DNA from: a virus
Lineage: Duplodnaviria > Heunggongvirae > Uroviricota > Caudoviricetes
Reading direction: 5' to 3' (one strand)
Length of the DNA stretch: 45,113 bases
Virus record (IMG/VR): IMGVR_UViG_3300021255_002784
Coordinates: 152,416-197,528 of that record
Part shown: positions 8,665 through 18,134 of the stretch, one piece after another
Numbering within the stretch: the stretch's first letter is position 1
How the letters are laid out: the number at the start of each line of letters is the position of its first letter
Notes under the pieces: generated by a model
What the model was told of the DNA's origin: nothing
Seen by the model: the letters and a program-made list of their open reading frames with translations, nothing else
Databases searched by the model: none
Program-made: the position numbers and the translations under genes

Positions 8665-9417
8665 ATGACAAATGAAAACATGACGGCTATCGCTGTCAAC
8701 AAATCACTCCTGAAGGAGTATTCCTCTAATGGTGTTCGTACAGTATTCATGGACGATCGTACCGAGTTTCAAATCAGACTTTTTAATCCACTCACCACCA
8801 GAGTATCTGCTCGAATCGAAATCGACGGCGAGTCTTTAGGTAACGAACTTATTCTACGCCCAGGTGAGACTGTATGGCTGGAGCGTTATTTTAACAAACC
8901 TAACAAGTTCGTATTCGAGACATACACTGTTGAATCCGGCTCGGTCGCAGTAGAGCGAGCTATTCGTAATAATGGTGTTGTCACTACATCTTTCTATAAA
9001 GAGAGACCCAGTCTTCCGGTTCAGATTCCGACATACCGAAGCATAGCGCCTATGTACAGTGGAGGTTTCAAAGGTATAGGTCCGGTTGAGCCCGGTACGT
9101 GGTCATGCAGTTATAATGTCAGTCCGGCGGAGATAGACTGTAGTATCACAACCGCGAATAGTTTCACAACGAGCACTTCTTCTGCAAACACAAAAGAAAC
9201 AGGTCGTGTATCGGAAGGTTCGTATTCCTCACAACGATTTCAAACTGTTGATATGGATACAGAGATCATTCCGTTCACTACAGAAACAATTAAGATCCTA
9301 CCCCGTTCTCAAAAACCTTATACCAAAAACGATCTGGAGAAGGTTTACTGTACTAACTGTGGACGTAAGATTAAACCCAAATTTAAGTACTGCCCATTCT
9401 GCGGGACAAAACAATAA
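8665..9417 (+). CDS. Hypothetical protein with C-terminal zinc ribbon
   Basis: Beta-rich N-terminal domain; ends YCTNCG...KYCPFCG. Confidence 0.8.
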   Translation: MTNENMTAIAVNKSLLKEYSSNGVRTVFMDDRTEFQIRLFNPLTTRVSARIEIDGESLGNELILRPGETVWLERYFNKPNKFVFETYTVESGSVAVERAIRNNGVVTTSFYKERPSLPVQIPTYRSIAPMYSGGFKGIGPVEPGTWSCSYNVSPAEIDCSITTANSFTTSTSSANTKETGRVSEGSYSSQRFQTVDMDTEIIPFTTETIKILPRSQKPYTKNDLEKVYCTNCGRKIKPKFKYCPFCGTKQ

Positions 9418-9482
9418 AAAATCTGGAGGAATTATATTTCCTCCTTTTTTTATATATATTTATACAAACACCAAACACATTT

Positions 9483-9680
9483 ATGACTATGACAAAAGCA
9501 AGACCAATGATAGTAACAGAGCTCTATGAATTCGCGAAAGAGCACGGCTTTGAAGATGCACAAATTTGGTCTCCATCAGACACTAATGTAAACACCGTTG
9601 CTGAAGACGCGCGATTGGAAGTTCGGGCTCGCGGTGACGAAGATGACGAAACACCGAAACGAATCTACCTTGTGGGATGA
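9483..9680 (+). CDS. Small hypothetical protein
   Basis: 65-aa ORF after a terminator and class A promoter motif. Confidence 0.65.
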   Translation: MTMTKARPMIVTELYEFAKEHGFEDAQIWSPSDTNVNTVAEDARLEVRARGDEDDETPKRIYLVG

Positions 9681-9805
9681 ATGACCTAAACTTTATCAAG
9701 AAGTTGATTTATGAAATCACCTCTGTAAAAAAACAAGACATGGATAAGATTAGTCTAAGTCCACGTGGATTAGGACCACTTCGTGTCCGGCGTACATATA
9801 TATGA
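9677..9805 (+). CDS. 42-aa hypothetical protein (not in ORF track)
   Basis: MNDLNFIKKLIYEITS...RRTYI*; ATGA overlaps with both neighbouring genes. Confidence 0.45.
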   Translation: MNDLNFIKKLIYEITSVKKQDMDKISLSPRGLGPLRVRRTYI

Positions 9806-10056
9806 AAGTCGTAAAACCACCTATTAAAAAAGTGACAGAGGACCCTCTATACGAAGTAGAGTGTCCGGTCACTGTAGTTCCGGTACTCCAGGGGTGTGGC
9901 GCCATGCTACAGTTCCGCAAGAGTGAAATTCAACACATAAGTGATCAACGAGATGGAGATGCTGATTATATCGTTTGTCCATGCTGCGGTCGCACTATAT
10001 GGGATTCTCCTGTTAGTCGTTTTCGTCGAGTAAAAGAATCTGATGATAAATCATAG
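9802..10056 (+). CDS. Small zinc-binding hypothetical protein
   Basis: ECP...GCG and CPCCG cysteine pairs. Confidence 0.65.
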   Translation: MKVVKPPIKKVTEDPLYEVECPVTVVPVLQGCGAMLQFRKSEIQHISDQRDGDADYIVCPCCGRTIWDSPVSRFRRVKESDDKS

Positions 10057-10081
10057 ACACCCCCTGTTTATTATTTATATC

Positions 10082-11326
10082 ATGAAACAATTATCTGCAT
10101 ATTTAGTAGAAAACGTTCGAAACATGTTCGAAGGAGGTCAGTCAGGTCACATGGCGCACCCCTTTGACTATACCGAGTTCACACTGCGCGACCTTAAAGG
10201 TCTCATCCGCAATCTATTTTCAGGGCGCATCGAAGACATAACCGAAAAAGTAGACGGCACCAATATCCAGGCCACTGTTAACAAAGAAGGTCAAGTGGTG
10301 TTCATTCGCAACAACGGCGACCTCAATAGCGCTGCTGGAGGAATGTCTATCTCGGACATGGCTACCAAGTGGGCCGACAAACCCAGTGTGGCCAAAACTT
10401 TCTTGACTGCCGGGGAGACCATCACCAAGGTGTTCGGAGCCATTCCTGATCCGGTGAGCTTCTTCAATCCTAAGGAAGGAATCAAGCGAGTTGTCAATTG
10501 TGAATGTGTGGTAGCAGGCAAGACTAACATTATGCCGTATGCATCAGCACAAGTAGACTTTCATAATATCTGGACATACGAGTTCGACGGTACTAAATGG
10601 GAGAAAGCCGACGTGTCCAAAAAAGGACTAGACGTCATCCAAAAAGCTTGCGAGACAGTAGACGGAGCTCAGATTACCCCTCATGTTTTTATTAAGACTA
10701 CTGAGGAGTCGGCAAAGGTTATGGTTGACTTTATCAAGGAGTTGGATAAGATTTGGAAAAGCGTAAGTCTCAACGAATATTCTACTATTGACGAATGGAA
10801 ACGAGCTCGTTTCAATGACCTCGTTTTGAGAGACTATGATTGGATCGCATCTAACATTGAGGGTATGGAAATTCTTTACAATCGTTGGTTCAATGCCGAC
10901 AGGTCCACTAACATCCGTCTCATCAAAAAACTATATCCAGATCACGAAGCTGAGTTGACAGCTCTCGAGGGTAAAGAAGCGAAGAAATTGGTGGATCGCG
11001 CTATGGAGCCACTAGATACCTTCTTTGGCAAGTTCGGCAACGCTGTTATTAAACAATGTGATGGTATTCTGAATGCGGGTCTTGAAAGTGCAACAATCGA
11101 ACAACTCAAGAAAGATATTGAAGAGGTAACTAATGACGTTCGCAAGAATGGCTCAGCTGAACTCAACGATAAACTCACTTATCAATTGGATCGTCTTGCC
11201 AAACTAGGCAATGAGATCAATCCAATTGAAGGTATTGTATTCCGATATAAAGGAAAGCTCATGAAATGCACTGGCTCCTTCGGTTCACTGAACGCTGTGC
11301 TCGGTAGCTTGAAGTTCCAACGATAG
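10082..11326 (+). CDS. RNA-ligase/covalent nucleotidyltransferase-superfamily protein with capsid-targeting peptide
   Basis: Starts MKQLSAYLVEN; GHMAHP; motif I TEKVDGTN; motifs IV/V IEGIVF...MKCTG. Confidence 0.7.
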   Translation: MKQLSAYLVENVRNMFEGGQSGHMAHPFDYTEFTLRDLKGLIRNLFSGRIEDITEKVDGTNIQATVNKEGQVVFIRNNGDLNSAAGGMSISDMATKWADKPSVAKTFLTAGETITKVFGAIPDPVSFFNPKEGIKRVVNCECVVAGKTNIMPYASAQVDFHNIWTYEFDGTKWEKADVSKKGLDVIQKACETVDGAQITPHVFIKTTEESAKVMVDFIKELDKIWKSVSLNEYSTIDEWKRARFNDLVLRDYDWIASNIEGMEILYNRWFNADRSTNIRLIKKLYPDHEAELTALEGKEAKKLVDRAMEPLDTFFGKFGNAVIKQCDGILNAGLESATIEQLKKDIEEVTNDVRKNGSAELNDKLTYQLDRLAKLGNEINPIEGIVFRYKGKLMKCTGSFGSLNAVLGSLKFQR

Positions 11327-11396
11327 AACATTCACACTTGCTAAACAAATACTTGGGATTCATTTATTATTTAATATAATAGATGAATTCTTTTTT

Positions 11397-12362
11397 ATGT
11401 ATCATTACTTTTATAAGATTACAAACAAATATAACGGCAAATTTTATTACGGTGTTCATTCTACAGAAGACTTAAACGATGGTTACATGGGGTCTGGTTC
11501 AATAATTAAACGATTATATAGAAAATACGGTACTGATGGTTTCACTAAAGAGATACTTAAGTTCTTTGACTGTGAAGAAAAGATGTTTGAATATGAACGA
11601 CAAATCATTACTGAAGAACTCGTTAATGACCCAAATTGTTATAACCTCACAACTGGTGGTAAAGGTTATAGATTAGGTCACCCATGCCCAGATGAAGTCA
11701 GAAAAATTATATCAGAAAAAAATAATGGAAAGCCTTCGGCCACAAAAGGATATAAGTACTACCACAAAGATACTAAATCATGCTTAGTCCCTCCTGAATT
11801 GTGTGAACAATATGAGAATAATGATTGGTTGCCAGGACCATACATTTCACCAGAGTCTCGCGAAAGGCTTAGATCATATGGCATGAAAGGCAAACATATT
11901 TCTGCAGAATCTCGAAAACTTATGTCGGATATTAAAAAACGTCAATTCGCTGAAGGGACTTGGATATCACCGTCAAAAGGAGTACCAATGTCTGAAGAAC
12001 AAAAAGAGAAACTCAGGCAAGCAAATCTTGGCAAAATAATGTCTGAGGAAACCCGCAAAAAAGTTGGTGCTGCTCATAAAGGCAAAAAGCACCATGATGA
12101 TTGGAAACGGAATCAATCCATTGCCGTAAAAGAATGGCATGAACAAAATCCAACCAAAGAATCAACAAAACAAAAAATAGGAATGGCTAACAGCAAGCCA
12201 ATCTTGCGGATTGATGCACTAACCGGAAAAACAACGGAATTTGCTTCCATAAAGGACGCAGAAATTTCGCTCGGATTTAAGCCTGGAAATAGTAGTATAT
12301 ATAGATACTGCAAGCTCCCAAATAAATCATATAAGTCTTATTATTGGAGATATAAAGAATAA
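11397..12362 (+). mobile_element. Free-standing GIY-YIG homing endonuclease with NUMOD3/NUMOD1-like DNA-binding repeats
   Basis: YFYKITNKYNGKFYYGVH...YMGSG; repeated (H/M)SEE.(K/R).K.S-type units; C-terminal F.SI.DA...I..YC...Y.W.Y; more AT-rich than neighbours. Confidence 0.9.
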
Positions 12363-12381
12363 ATCCAACAAGAAGTAATAT

Positions 12382-13527
12382 ATGAAAGATCTAACAACAT
12401 ATTTGAACGAAAACGTTGCACCAATGTTTGAATCCCACATGCAAAGGAAAGAGTGGGAACATCGTGGTGACTATAAATATGCATACGCCGTGATAGGTAT
12501 GTTGATCAACGGCAAACCGATTGCTACAGGTGATAAGACTGCAACCGGCTCATATGAAGCAACACCGGAAGAGATAGAGATTCTTAAATCCTTCGACCCA
12601 ACAGAGCATACCATGGAGGATTTCAATGAGATATTCCGCGGCAAATTGAAATGGCAAGACATTTTCAAAGGAAGTTTTTCCGGATATGAAGGCGGTCTTG
12701 CATCAGGCAACCAAGGTAAAGCCTTTGAAGATGAGTTTTGTAAGGACTTCGAATCTAAATATCGTGAGGACATGGAAAAAGCTCTTGGTCTTAAACCCGG
12801 AGAACTAATGGGATATGAAGCCACTCCACGCGGTGCCGAGAATCAGCGTCGACCTCTAACTATGGATGGTAAGAACATTGTATTAAGCATACCAAACGGT
12901 AACAAGAATATTGGTGAAACCGTAGTAGATGTCGAAGTGGCTCCTCTTTACGAATTGAAGAGTAAGGATAAAGACGAATCTATCATGCTGTCACTCAAAT
13001 TCGGACCAAAAGTTACCTTCTGCAATGCTGGTATTACTCATCTATTCCCAAAGACTGCGTTCAGCAAATTCGAAAAAGATGGTGAGTTCGTCCCTCAAAA
13101 CGTAGGACAAATCAAAGGACAAACTATGCTGGACATGTTTGGTCTGGATCCCAACAAGTTTGCGGAAACCTTTGTCAAGTATCAACAAAAGAAAGACTAT
13201 GACACAGATGTTGATGTCACTGACAAGATAGACAAAGATATGATATTCGCGTTCCTGGAATCTGTTGTGGGGTACGGGTACGTACTTGTTCACAAGTTGG
13301 GCAGTAAGACACATTACGTTGATCTTCGAGAAAAACGCGATATGAACAAACTGCTTGGGCATTCGATCAAAAAAGCCGTAGTTCATTACGGTGGTAAAAA
13401 AGGTACATCCAAATATGTATCTGTTGACATGGAACTTGAACATATGGATTTGCAATTTGACTTCCGGGATAAACAAGGAGGATCGTTACCGAGAAGTCTG
13501 ATGGCTAATTATACTATCAAGTACTAA
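12382..13527 (+). CDS. Putative internal head protein, possible PD-(D/E)XK nuclease fold
   Basis: Starts MKDLTTYLNEN; G..FE helix, VVDV and LSLK motifs resemble restriction-endonuclease-fold active sites. Confidence 0.5.
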   Translation: MKDLTTYLNENVAPMFESHMQRKEWEHRGDYKYAYAVIGMLINGKPIATGDKTATGSYEATPEEIEILKSFDPTEHTMEDFNEIFRGKLKWQDIFKGSFSGYEGGLASGNQGKAFEDEFCKDFESKYREDMEKALGLKPGELMGYEATPRGAENQRRPLTMDGKNIVLSIPNGNKNIGETVVDVEVAPLYELKSKDKDESIMLSLKFGPKVTFCNAGITHLFPKTAFSKFEKDGEFVPQNVGQIKGQTMLDMFGLDPNKFAETFVKYQQKKDYDTDVDVTDKIDKDMIFAFLESVVGYGYVLVHKLGSKTHYVDLREKRDMNKLLGHSIKKAVVHYGGKKGTSKYVSVDMELEHMDLQFDFRDKQGGSLPRSLMANYTIKY

Positions 13528-13534
13528 AAATAAA

Positions 13535-13613
13535 AGAGGAAATCATCTACAAGGTCTTGAAAGTCCAAAGTCATAAAAAACTTTGGACTTTCATTAAATA
13601 TTTCCTCTTTTTT
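13535..13613 (+). terminator. Long nested hairpin/terminator containing a variant of the 32-bp repeat
   Basis: AGAGGAAAT...TGAAAGTCCAAAG-loop-CTTTGGACTTTCA...ATTTCCTCT plus T run. Confidence 0.7.
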
Positions 13614-13661
13614 CTTATATATACATAACTCATAAATTAACACATATAACAATATAAGACT

Positions 13662-13844
13662 ATGACTGCGAAAGAATTGGCGGAAAAGTTACTTGAAAAT
13701 CCTGATTTCGAAGTTAGAACATGTATTGATGAACAAGATATCTACAGTGCTTACGGATTTACGGTACGAGACTTTAAGGTTACTGGGATCGGAGATATAG
13801 GTTACAGTGATAAAGTTATTCTTTTAAGTGTGGAGGAGGAATAG
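13662..13844 (+). CDS. Small hypothetical protein
   Basis: MTAKELAEKLLENPDFEV, a typical small phage ORF, behind a class A motif. Confidence 0.7.
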   Translation: MTAKELAEKLLENPDFEVRTCIDEQDIYSAYGFTVRDFKVTGIGDIGYSDKVILLSVEEE

Positions 13845-14136
13845 GAGTTAAATAAAAGACAAAACAAAAATAATTATGAGAGATCGCAACATTTATAGAC
13901 AGTGTGAGGAGTATGTTCCGCAGAAACCTATGGAAGTTAAATATACTGAAGTGGGTATATTGTATGTAAAAGCAACATTGGGGCAATTATGAAAGCTGGG
14001 ATAATACTGACAATTTCGAGCAAAAATAAATGAAACTCGTCGATGAGCTTACCCTAAGACAGCAGACGGTTGGTACGTTGTTATATCAAATAAATTATAA
14101 ATCGACATAAAGCGTGTTTATTTTGAGTATAACAAA

Positions 14137-14178
14137 AGATCTCCTGGATACCTTATAAAGTATTCAGGAGATATTTTT
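14137..14178. terminator. Hairpin between convergent transcription units
   Basis: ATCTCCTGGATAC-cttataaa-GTATTCAGGAGAT flanked by A and T runs. Confidence 0.6.
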
Positions 14179-14218
14179 GATGCGATTAAATCAAAGATTT
14201 TAGGATACGTAGTACGTG

Positions 14219-14656
14219 TTAGCGAATCATATCAAAAAATTTGGCATCAGCCATATTGAACTTCGGTACATCTACTACGCGCACGATCCCATTTTTGTCT
14301 GGAGTCTTGCTCTTCGCACCCAACCAACACAATTCAAGACCGAGATTGTCTCCGAGTTTTGCAACCCAAGTCCTCTCTCTCATATTCAGTCCCATGCGCA
14401 CAGATTTGATCTCTTTGTCTGTCAGTTCTGTCAGGTCGTATGAATCGGCGAATTTTTCAGCTGACTTAGCATCGGGTACTTCGACGTTTATAGATATCTC
14501 TGCATCGTACAGTTCCGGGTCGTTTTTTATCTTCATCCCACAAGAAGTGATGGCTTTTTTCAAATCATCTACTGTGACGCCATGCTTCTTTAGCAGCCGG
14601 TTGTCCAGAGTGGTCTTGTTTAGTGCTTCGTTTAGATAAGCAGTTATTGTTTTCAC
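14219..14656 (-). CDS. Putative internal head protein with capsid-targeting peptide
   Basis: GTG start at 14656 gives MKTITAYLNEAL. Confidence 0.6.
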   Translation of the reverse strand: MKTITAYLNEALNKTTLDNRLLKKHGVTVDDLKKAITSCGMKIKNDPELYDAEISINVEVPDAKSAEKFADSYDLTELTDKEIKSVRMGLNMRERTWVAKLGDNLGLELCWLGAKSKTPDKNGIVRVVDVPKFNMADAKFFDMIR

Positions 14657-14666
14657 GACGCAATAT

Positions 14667-15278
14667 TTATTTAGTGGGAACGGGTTTGAACTCAATTGGA
14701 TTAGCCATGCGACAGTAGTACGATCCTAGTACATCTGGTAGAGCCCTGGTCTCGAATCCTACAAACAAGCAGTTCCAGATTTTGGCCACCCGGATCTTCC
14801 AGGCATCAGCATCTGCCTTACGTTGGTCAGAAACGAAATCTGTTCCTTTGCGGCGGCAGAAACAACTGTACACCGAACTCAAATAGAAATCCGGTTCAGG
14901 ATTGTCTTCCAATGAAAGAGTGATCTTGTGAACGTATGTGTTGAAACCTGAGTAATCAATAGTCTCGGTGTACGTACCCCACCCAGATATGGTATAGGTG
15001 ATGGTAGAGGTGATACCCCCGGCACCGTTTTGTTTTTCTGTATGGACTTTGTTGCCCCAGATCAACTTGAGTGCTTCAGGAAAATTACCCGACCAGAACG
15101 CCTTGACTGCATCACGTGCTTTTTCTTTTGTGATACCTAGTTCAGCCTGACGAGCATCCAGACGTTTGAGGAACTTCTTGGTCTCTTCGGTACGCCAGTC
15201 ATTACCCTGCACCTCAAAATCAGAGGATAGTTTTTCGGTTATTCGTTTTACTTCATTTATGCCTTGCATATGCAACAT
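14667..15278 (-). CDS. Hypothetical protein
   Basis: About 203-aa ORF in the minus-strand operon; start uncertain. Confidence 0.65.
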   Translation of the reverse strand: MLHMQGINEVKRITEKLSSDFEVQGNDWRTEETKKFLKRLDARQAELGITKEKARDAVKAFWSGNFPEALKLIWGNKVHTEKQNGAGGITSTITYTISGWGTYTETIDYSGFNTYVHKITLSLEDNPEPDFYLSSVYSCFCRRKGTDFVSDQRKADADAWKIRVAKIWNCLFVGFETRALPDVLGSYYCRMANPIEFKPVPTK

Positions 15279-15285
15279 TGATTTT

Positions 15286-15825
15286 TTAGAGCATGTCTTC
15301 AAAAGAAACCATCAGTGCACGAATATATGCTTTGTACGGACTCTTCAGATTACGAATTGCGAGCACAATCTTGTCGTGCTGTGGCGAATCCATGAAAGCA
15401 CGGATCTTCTCTTCCATCTCATCATTCCACATGTCTTGTGCTTCTGTTTCTGCGTTATCAGCTAGATCATCGGGATCGTCGCCGTTCTCTACTGCAATCT
15501 GAAATACCTTCCATGGATTCCAGGAGTCTTCTGGTAGTTTATCGCATAGATTGCGAAGAACATCTTCATCGTGTCCTTCAACAACTAGGCTTTCGTTCAA
15601 ACATTCTTGTAATGATTTCATAGTATGCTGTTCTGTATTTATTGAATCTTCGAGATGTTCCTTAAGACCTTTAGTTTTTGCAAAGTCTTCCAATTGCTTG
15701 TCAGTCATATCTGAATTGACGATCTTCATCACTTCGTCATCCACCTCTGACTTGTTCATATCACCTTTGCGTACGGCTAGTGCCATAGCGAACAAGGCTC
15801 GTTGTGCTTTTGATTTTGCTGGCAT
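15286..15825 (-). CDS. DUF3008-like N-terminal domain fused to a targeting-peptide-bearing helical domain
   Basis: MPAKSKAQ...ALA..KG...M.DKQLEDFA.TKGL resembles DUF3008; internal MKSLQECLNESL at 15621. Confidence 0.6.
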   Translation of the reverse strand: MPAKSKAQRALFAMALAVRKGDMNKSEVDDEVMKIVNSDMTDKQLEDFAKTKGLKEHLEDSINTEQHTMKSLQECLNESLVVEGHDEDVLRNLCDKLPEDSWNPWKVFQIAVENGDDPDDLADNAETEAQDMWNDEMEEKIRAFMDSPQHDKIVLAIRNLKSPYKAYIRALMVSFEDML

Positions 15826-15843
15826 ATGATGTAACTAATTGAT

Positions 15844-16641
15844 TTATAAGGTGTTTGGCTGGAAGAAATAATCGCATGCACGATTCCGTTCCGCCCATTC
15901 TTTTATTTCATCATAATCTTTGTCGGCCTGTTCGGATAGATTACTATAGTTAATAGTCACCCCACCAGGCAGTTTGAACTCGAACGTACCGTAAATAGTG
16001 TTCAGTGCCCGTTTGACGAACGCTACTACCAATCTGAAAAAGTAGTAGTTGTTATACAAGTCCTGGATACGACAGCGCACCATACAATCAATCAGGATAT
16101 CTGACCAACCGAGATCACCCATAATGTTGAGTTTACTAGAGTACATATTAAAACTGTACGTCAGTGGTGGGTTGAGCATCTGATTGAAAGTATCCACTTC
16201 GTACATACTGGCCATGACGTCTGTTATGGTGTATCCTGCCATACCTGTAGTACCGTTGAATCCGCCTCCGACTGTGCCGGTGCCCCCGAACATACTATAA
16301 GTCGAGAGCATCATGCGTTCAAGAGAAAAGTCTCCCATGGCACCGTACTTCATGTGTTCTTGGATCTTGAAGCAGCCGTGTACACCCATGATCTGGGGTG
16401 GGAGTTGAACCATCTTGTTGAGTTTGTTACCCTTACATATATCGGAGTTCTTAATCACGTACATACGCTCTTCACAAGCCATGTCTACGTTCTCCCAGAA
16501 CCACTGAGCCGCCTGAAGGATGTACTCCGGTATGCGTTCGGCGGGTACAGCAAATGGGAGGGCACAACTCTGTGTGACCTCTTTCTGCACTCTCGTGATG
16601 AACTGATAGTCAATATTATCTTCGTATTCTGGTGTCCACAT
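15844..16641 (-). CDS. Neck/head-completion protein (T4 gp13-like)
   Basis: A.QWFWE near the N-terminus and C-terminal F.LPGGVTIN...A..D..EI motif of gp13-type neck proteins. Confidence 0.75.
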   Translation of the reverse strand: MWTPEYEDNIDYQFITRVQKEVTQSCALPFAVPAERIPEYILQAAQWFWENVDMACEERMYVIKNSDICKGNKLNKMVQLPPQIMGVHGCFKIQEHMKYGAMGDFSLERMMLSTYSMFGGTGTVGGGFNGTTGMAGYTITDVMASMYEVDTFNQMLNPPLTYSFNMYSSKLNIMGDLGWSDILIDCMVRCRIQDLYNNYYFFRLVVAFVKRALNTIYGTFEFKLPGGVTINYSNLSEQADKDYDEIKEWAERNRACDYFFQPNTL

Positions 16642-16644
16642 ATA

Positions 16645-16956
16645 TTACCATTTATATCCCAGGTAGGCTCCGACAGCAGTCAGTACCATGCGTGAAGTGA
16701 GCAGTGTGCCCAATGTAGAACGACTATCAATACCCAGTGCCTTGCAAACAGCTTCCATGATAGACTTGCCTGCGGTGCCACCTATCACGCCACCAACGAT
16801 GCTAGACAACAGTCCTTCATCGATGAGTTCTGCAACCGGCTTACCCTCAGCTTGCGCTTTTTGTGACACTTCAATGATGTAGTCTTTGAGAGTATTAGTA
16901 TGCTCTTTAATCATGTTTTGATATTGAGTGTCTTGAATTTCTTGAATAGAGTTCAT
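16645..16956 (-). CDS. Small glycine-zipper membrane-type virion protein
   Basis: LIDEGLLSSIVGGVIGGTAG and a hydrophobic C-terminus; TTATTAT upstream. Confidence 0.6.
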   Translation of the reverse strand: MNSIQEIQDTQYQNMIKEHTNTLKDYIIEVSQKAQAEGKPVAELIDEGLLSSIVGGVIGGTAGKSIMEAVCKALGIDSRSTLGTLLTSRMVLTAVGAYLGYKW

Positions 16957-17021
16957 GTATATGTTTTCTATTTTTATATATAATAATATGTCTGAATCAT
17001 ATCATAGAACAAAAAGCCTGA

Positions 17022-17585
17022 TCACCGGAACACAAAAACACATCCACTATCGTCGATTTTTGGTGTTTGTTTGAATATATTTGATAGACGTTTTATCCAT
17101 TTATTATCACTAGTGGCATCCACTTGAATAACCCTCGGTTTTATATCCAGAGGATCATATCTGAACTCCATTATGCATGGGATTACGACTGCGTTTTTAA
17201 GGCCGCCTCGATTGATGATCCCACCATTCTTTTTGTCCTGCGTTCTCCAATAACCATCGATAACCACAGAATAGAATAGTCTGTTTGCCTTACGAGTATT
17301 CAAGGAACTGGTTACACGCAGTTCGTATTTGATAGGCGCCTCTTCAACACATTTTGTACCAAAATTGGTATTGTATTGTTCGACTATTGATGGCCACTCG
17401 TCATCATGAGGCAATAAGTCGTACTTTTTGATCGCATCTTTTATATTATGTTTGACTCGAGGGGCGTTATATTCTTCACGCAGACCTTTTTTCAAAGGTT
17501 CCCATATAGATAAAAACATTTCTGCGGATTTATCGGCTTTATCTATGATGTCGTCATCTAATATGCTTTCGTACAATGTTTTCAT
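17022..17585 (-). CDS. Putative internal head protein with capsid-targeting peptide
   Basis: Starts MKTLYESILD (ATG 17585); TTATTAT at 17594-17600. Confidence 0.65.
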   Translation of the reverse strand: MKTLYESILDDDIIDKADKSAEMFLSIWEPLKKGLREEYNAPRVKHNIKDAIKKYDLLPHDDEWPSIVEQYNTNFGTKCVEEAPIKYELRVTSSLNTRKANRLFYSVVIDGYWRTQDKKNGGIINRGGLKNAVVIPCIMEFRYDPLDIKPRVIQVDATSDNKWIKRLSNIFKQTPKIDDSGCVFVFR

Positions 17586-17620
17586 ATATATAAATAATAA
17601 TGTGATCAAACCGAGACATT

Positions 17621-17652
17621 AAAAAAAGACCCGATCATATGATCGAGTCTTT
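17621..17652 (-). terminator. Intrinsic terminator
   Basis: AAAAAAAGACCCGATCATATGATCGAGTCTTT palindrome with the A run giving a minus-strand U tail. Confidence 0.75.
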
Positions 17653-17683
17653 CGTGTGGTATTTTGCTAGGTTACTTATCGGG

Positions 17684-18118
17684 TTAATCTAATTGATAAG
17701 GATTTACATAGTAATAAATATAATTCTTAGTCGTTTTTCCTGGTTTTAATGATAGGGCATCTTCCAATTTCTTTATCCATTTTTCGTCGATATAATCTGA
17801 TATAGGCACCGCCAATACATTTCCAGTCCGGTTTGTTTGAAAAATATAAACATCTGTGGTCCCTCCATGATCGACACCTCCATCAACATCTTTTACATAT
17901 TCATATCTCGCTTTATAACGCGAGTTAGCTAGTCTCCAATATGCGCCATTTATTGCAATACCCAATATATCCATATATCGGTCCAACTTCTCTAAATTTT
18001 TCTCAGAACCACCTGCGAATAATATGTCAGATAGCTCCATTTTTATTCCAGCCTTGTCCTTTACTGAAATAGTCTCATTTGTCAGACTTTCTATAAGTAC
18101 TTCACTTAAATTTTTCAT
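17684..18118 (-). CDS. Putative internal head protein with capsid-targeting peptide
   Basis: Starts MKNLSEVLIESLTNET. Confidence 0.65.
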   Translation of the reverse strand: MKNLSEVLIESLTNETISVKDKAGIKMELSDILFAGGSEKNLEKLDRYMDILGIAINGAYWRLANSRYKARYEYVKDVDGGVDHGGTTDVYIFQTNRTGNVLAVPISDYIDEKWIKKLEDALSLKPGKTTKNYIYYYVNPYQLD

Positions 18119-18134
18119 ATTTTGTTTTTTTTTT

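Noticed and set aside
11327-12381. Group I intron around the GIY-YIG gene
   Set aside because: Flanking genes have their own stops and starts, and the spacers are too short for a ribozyme core.
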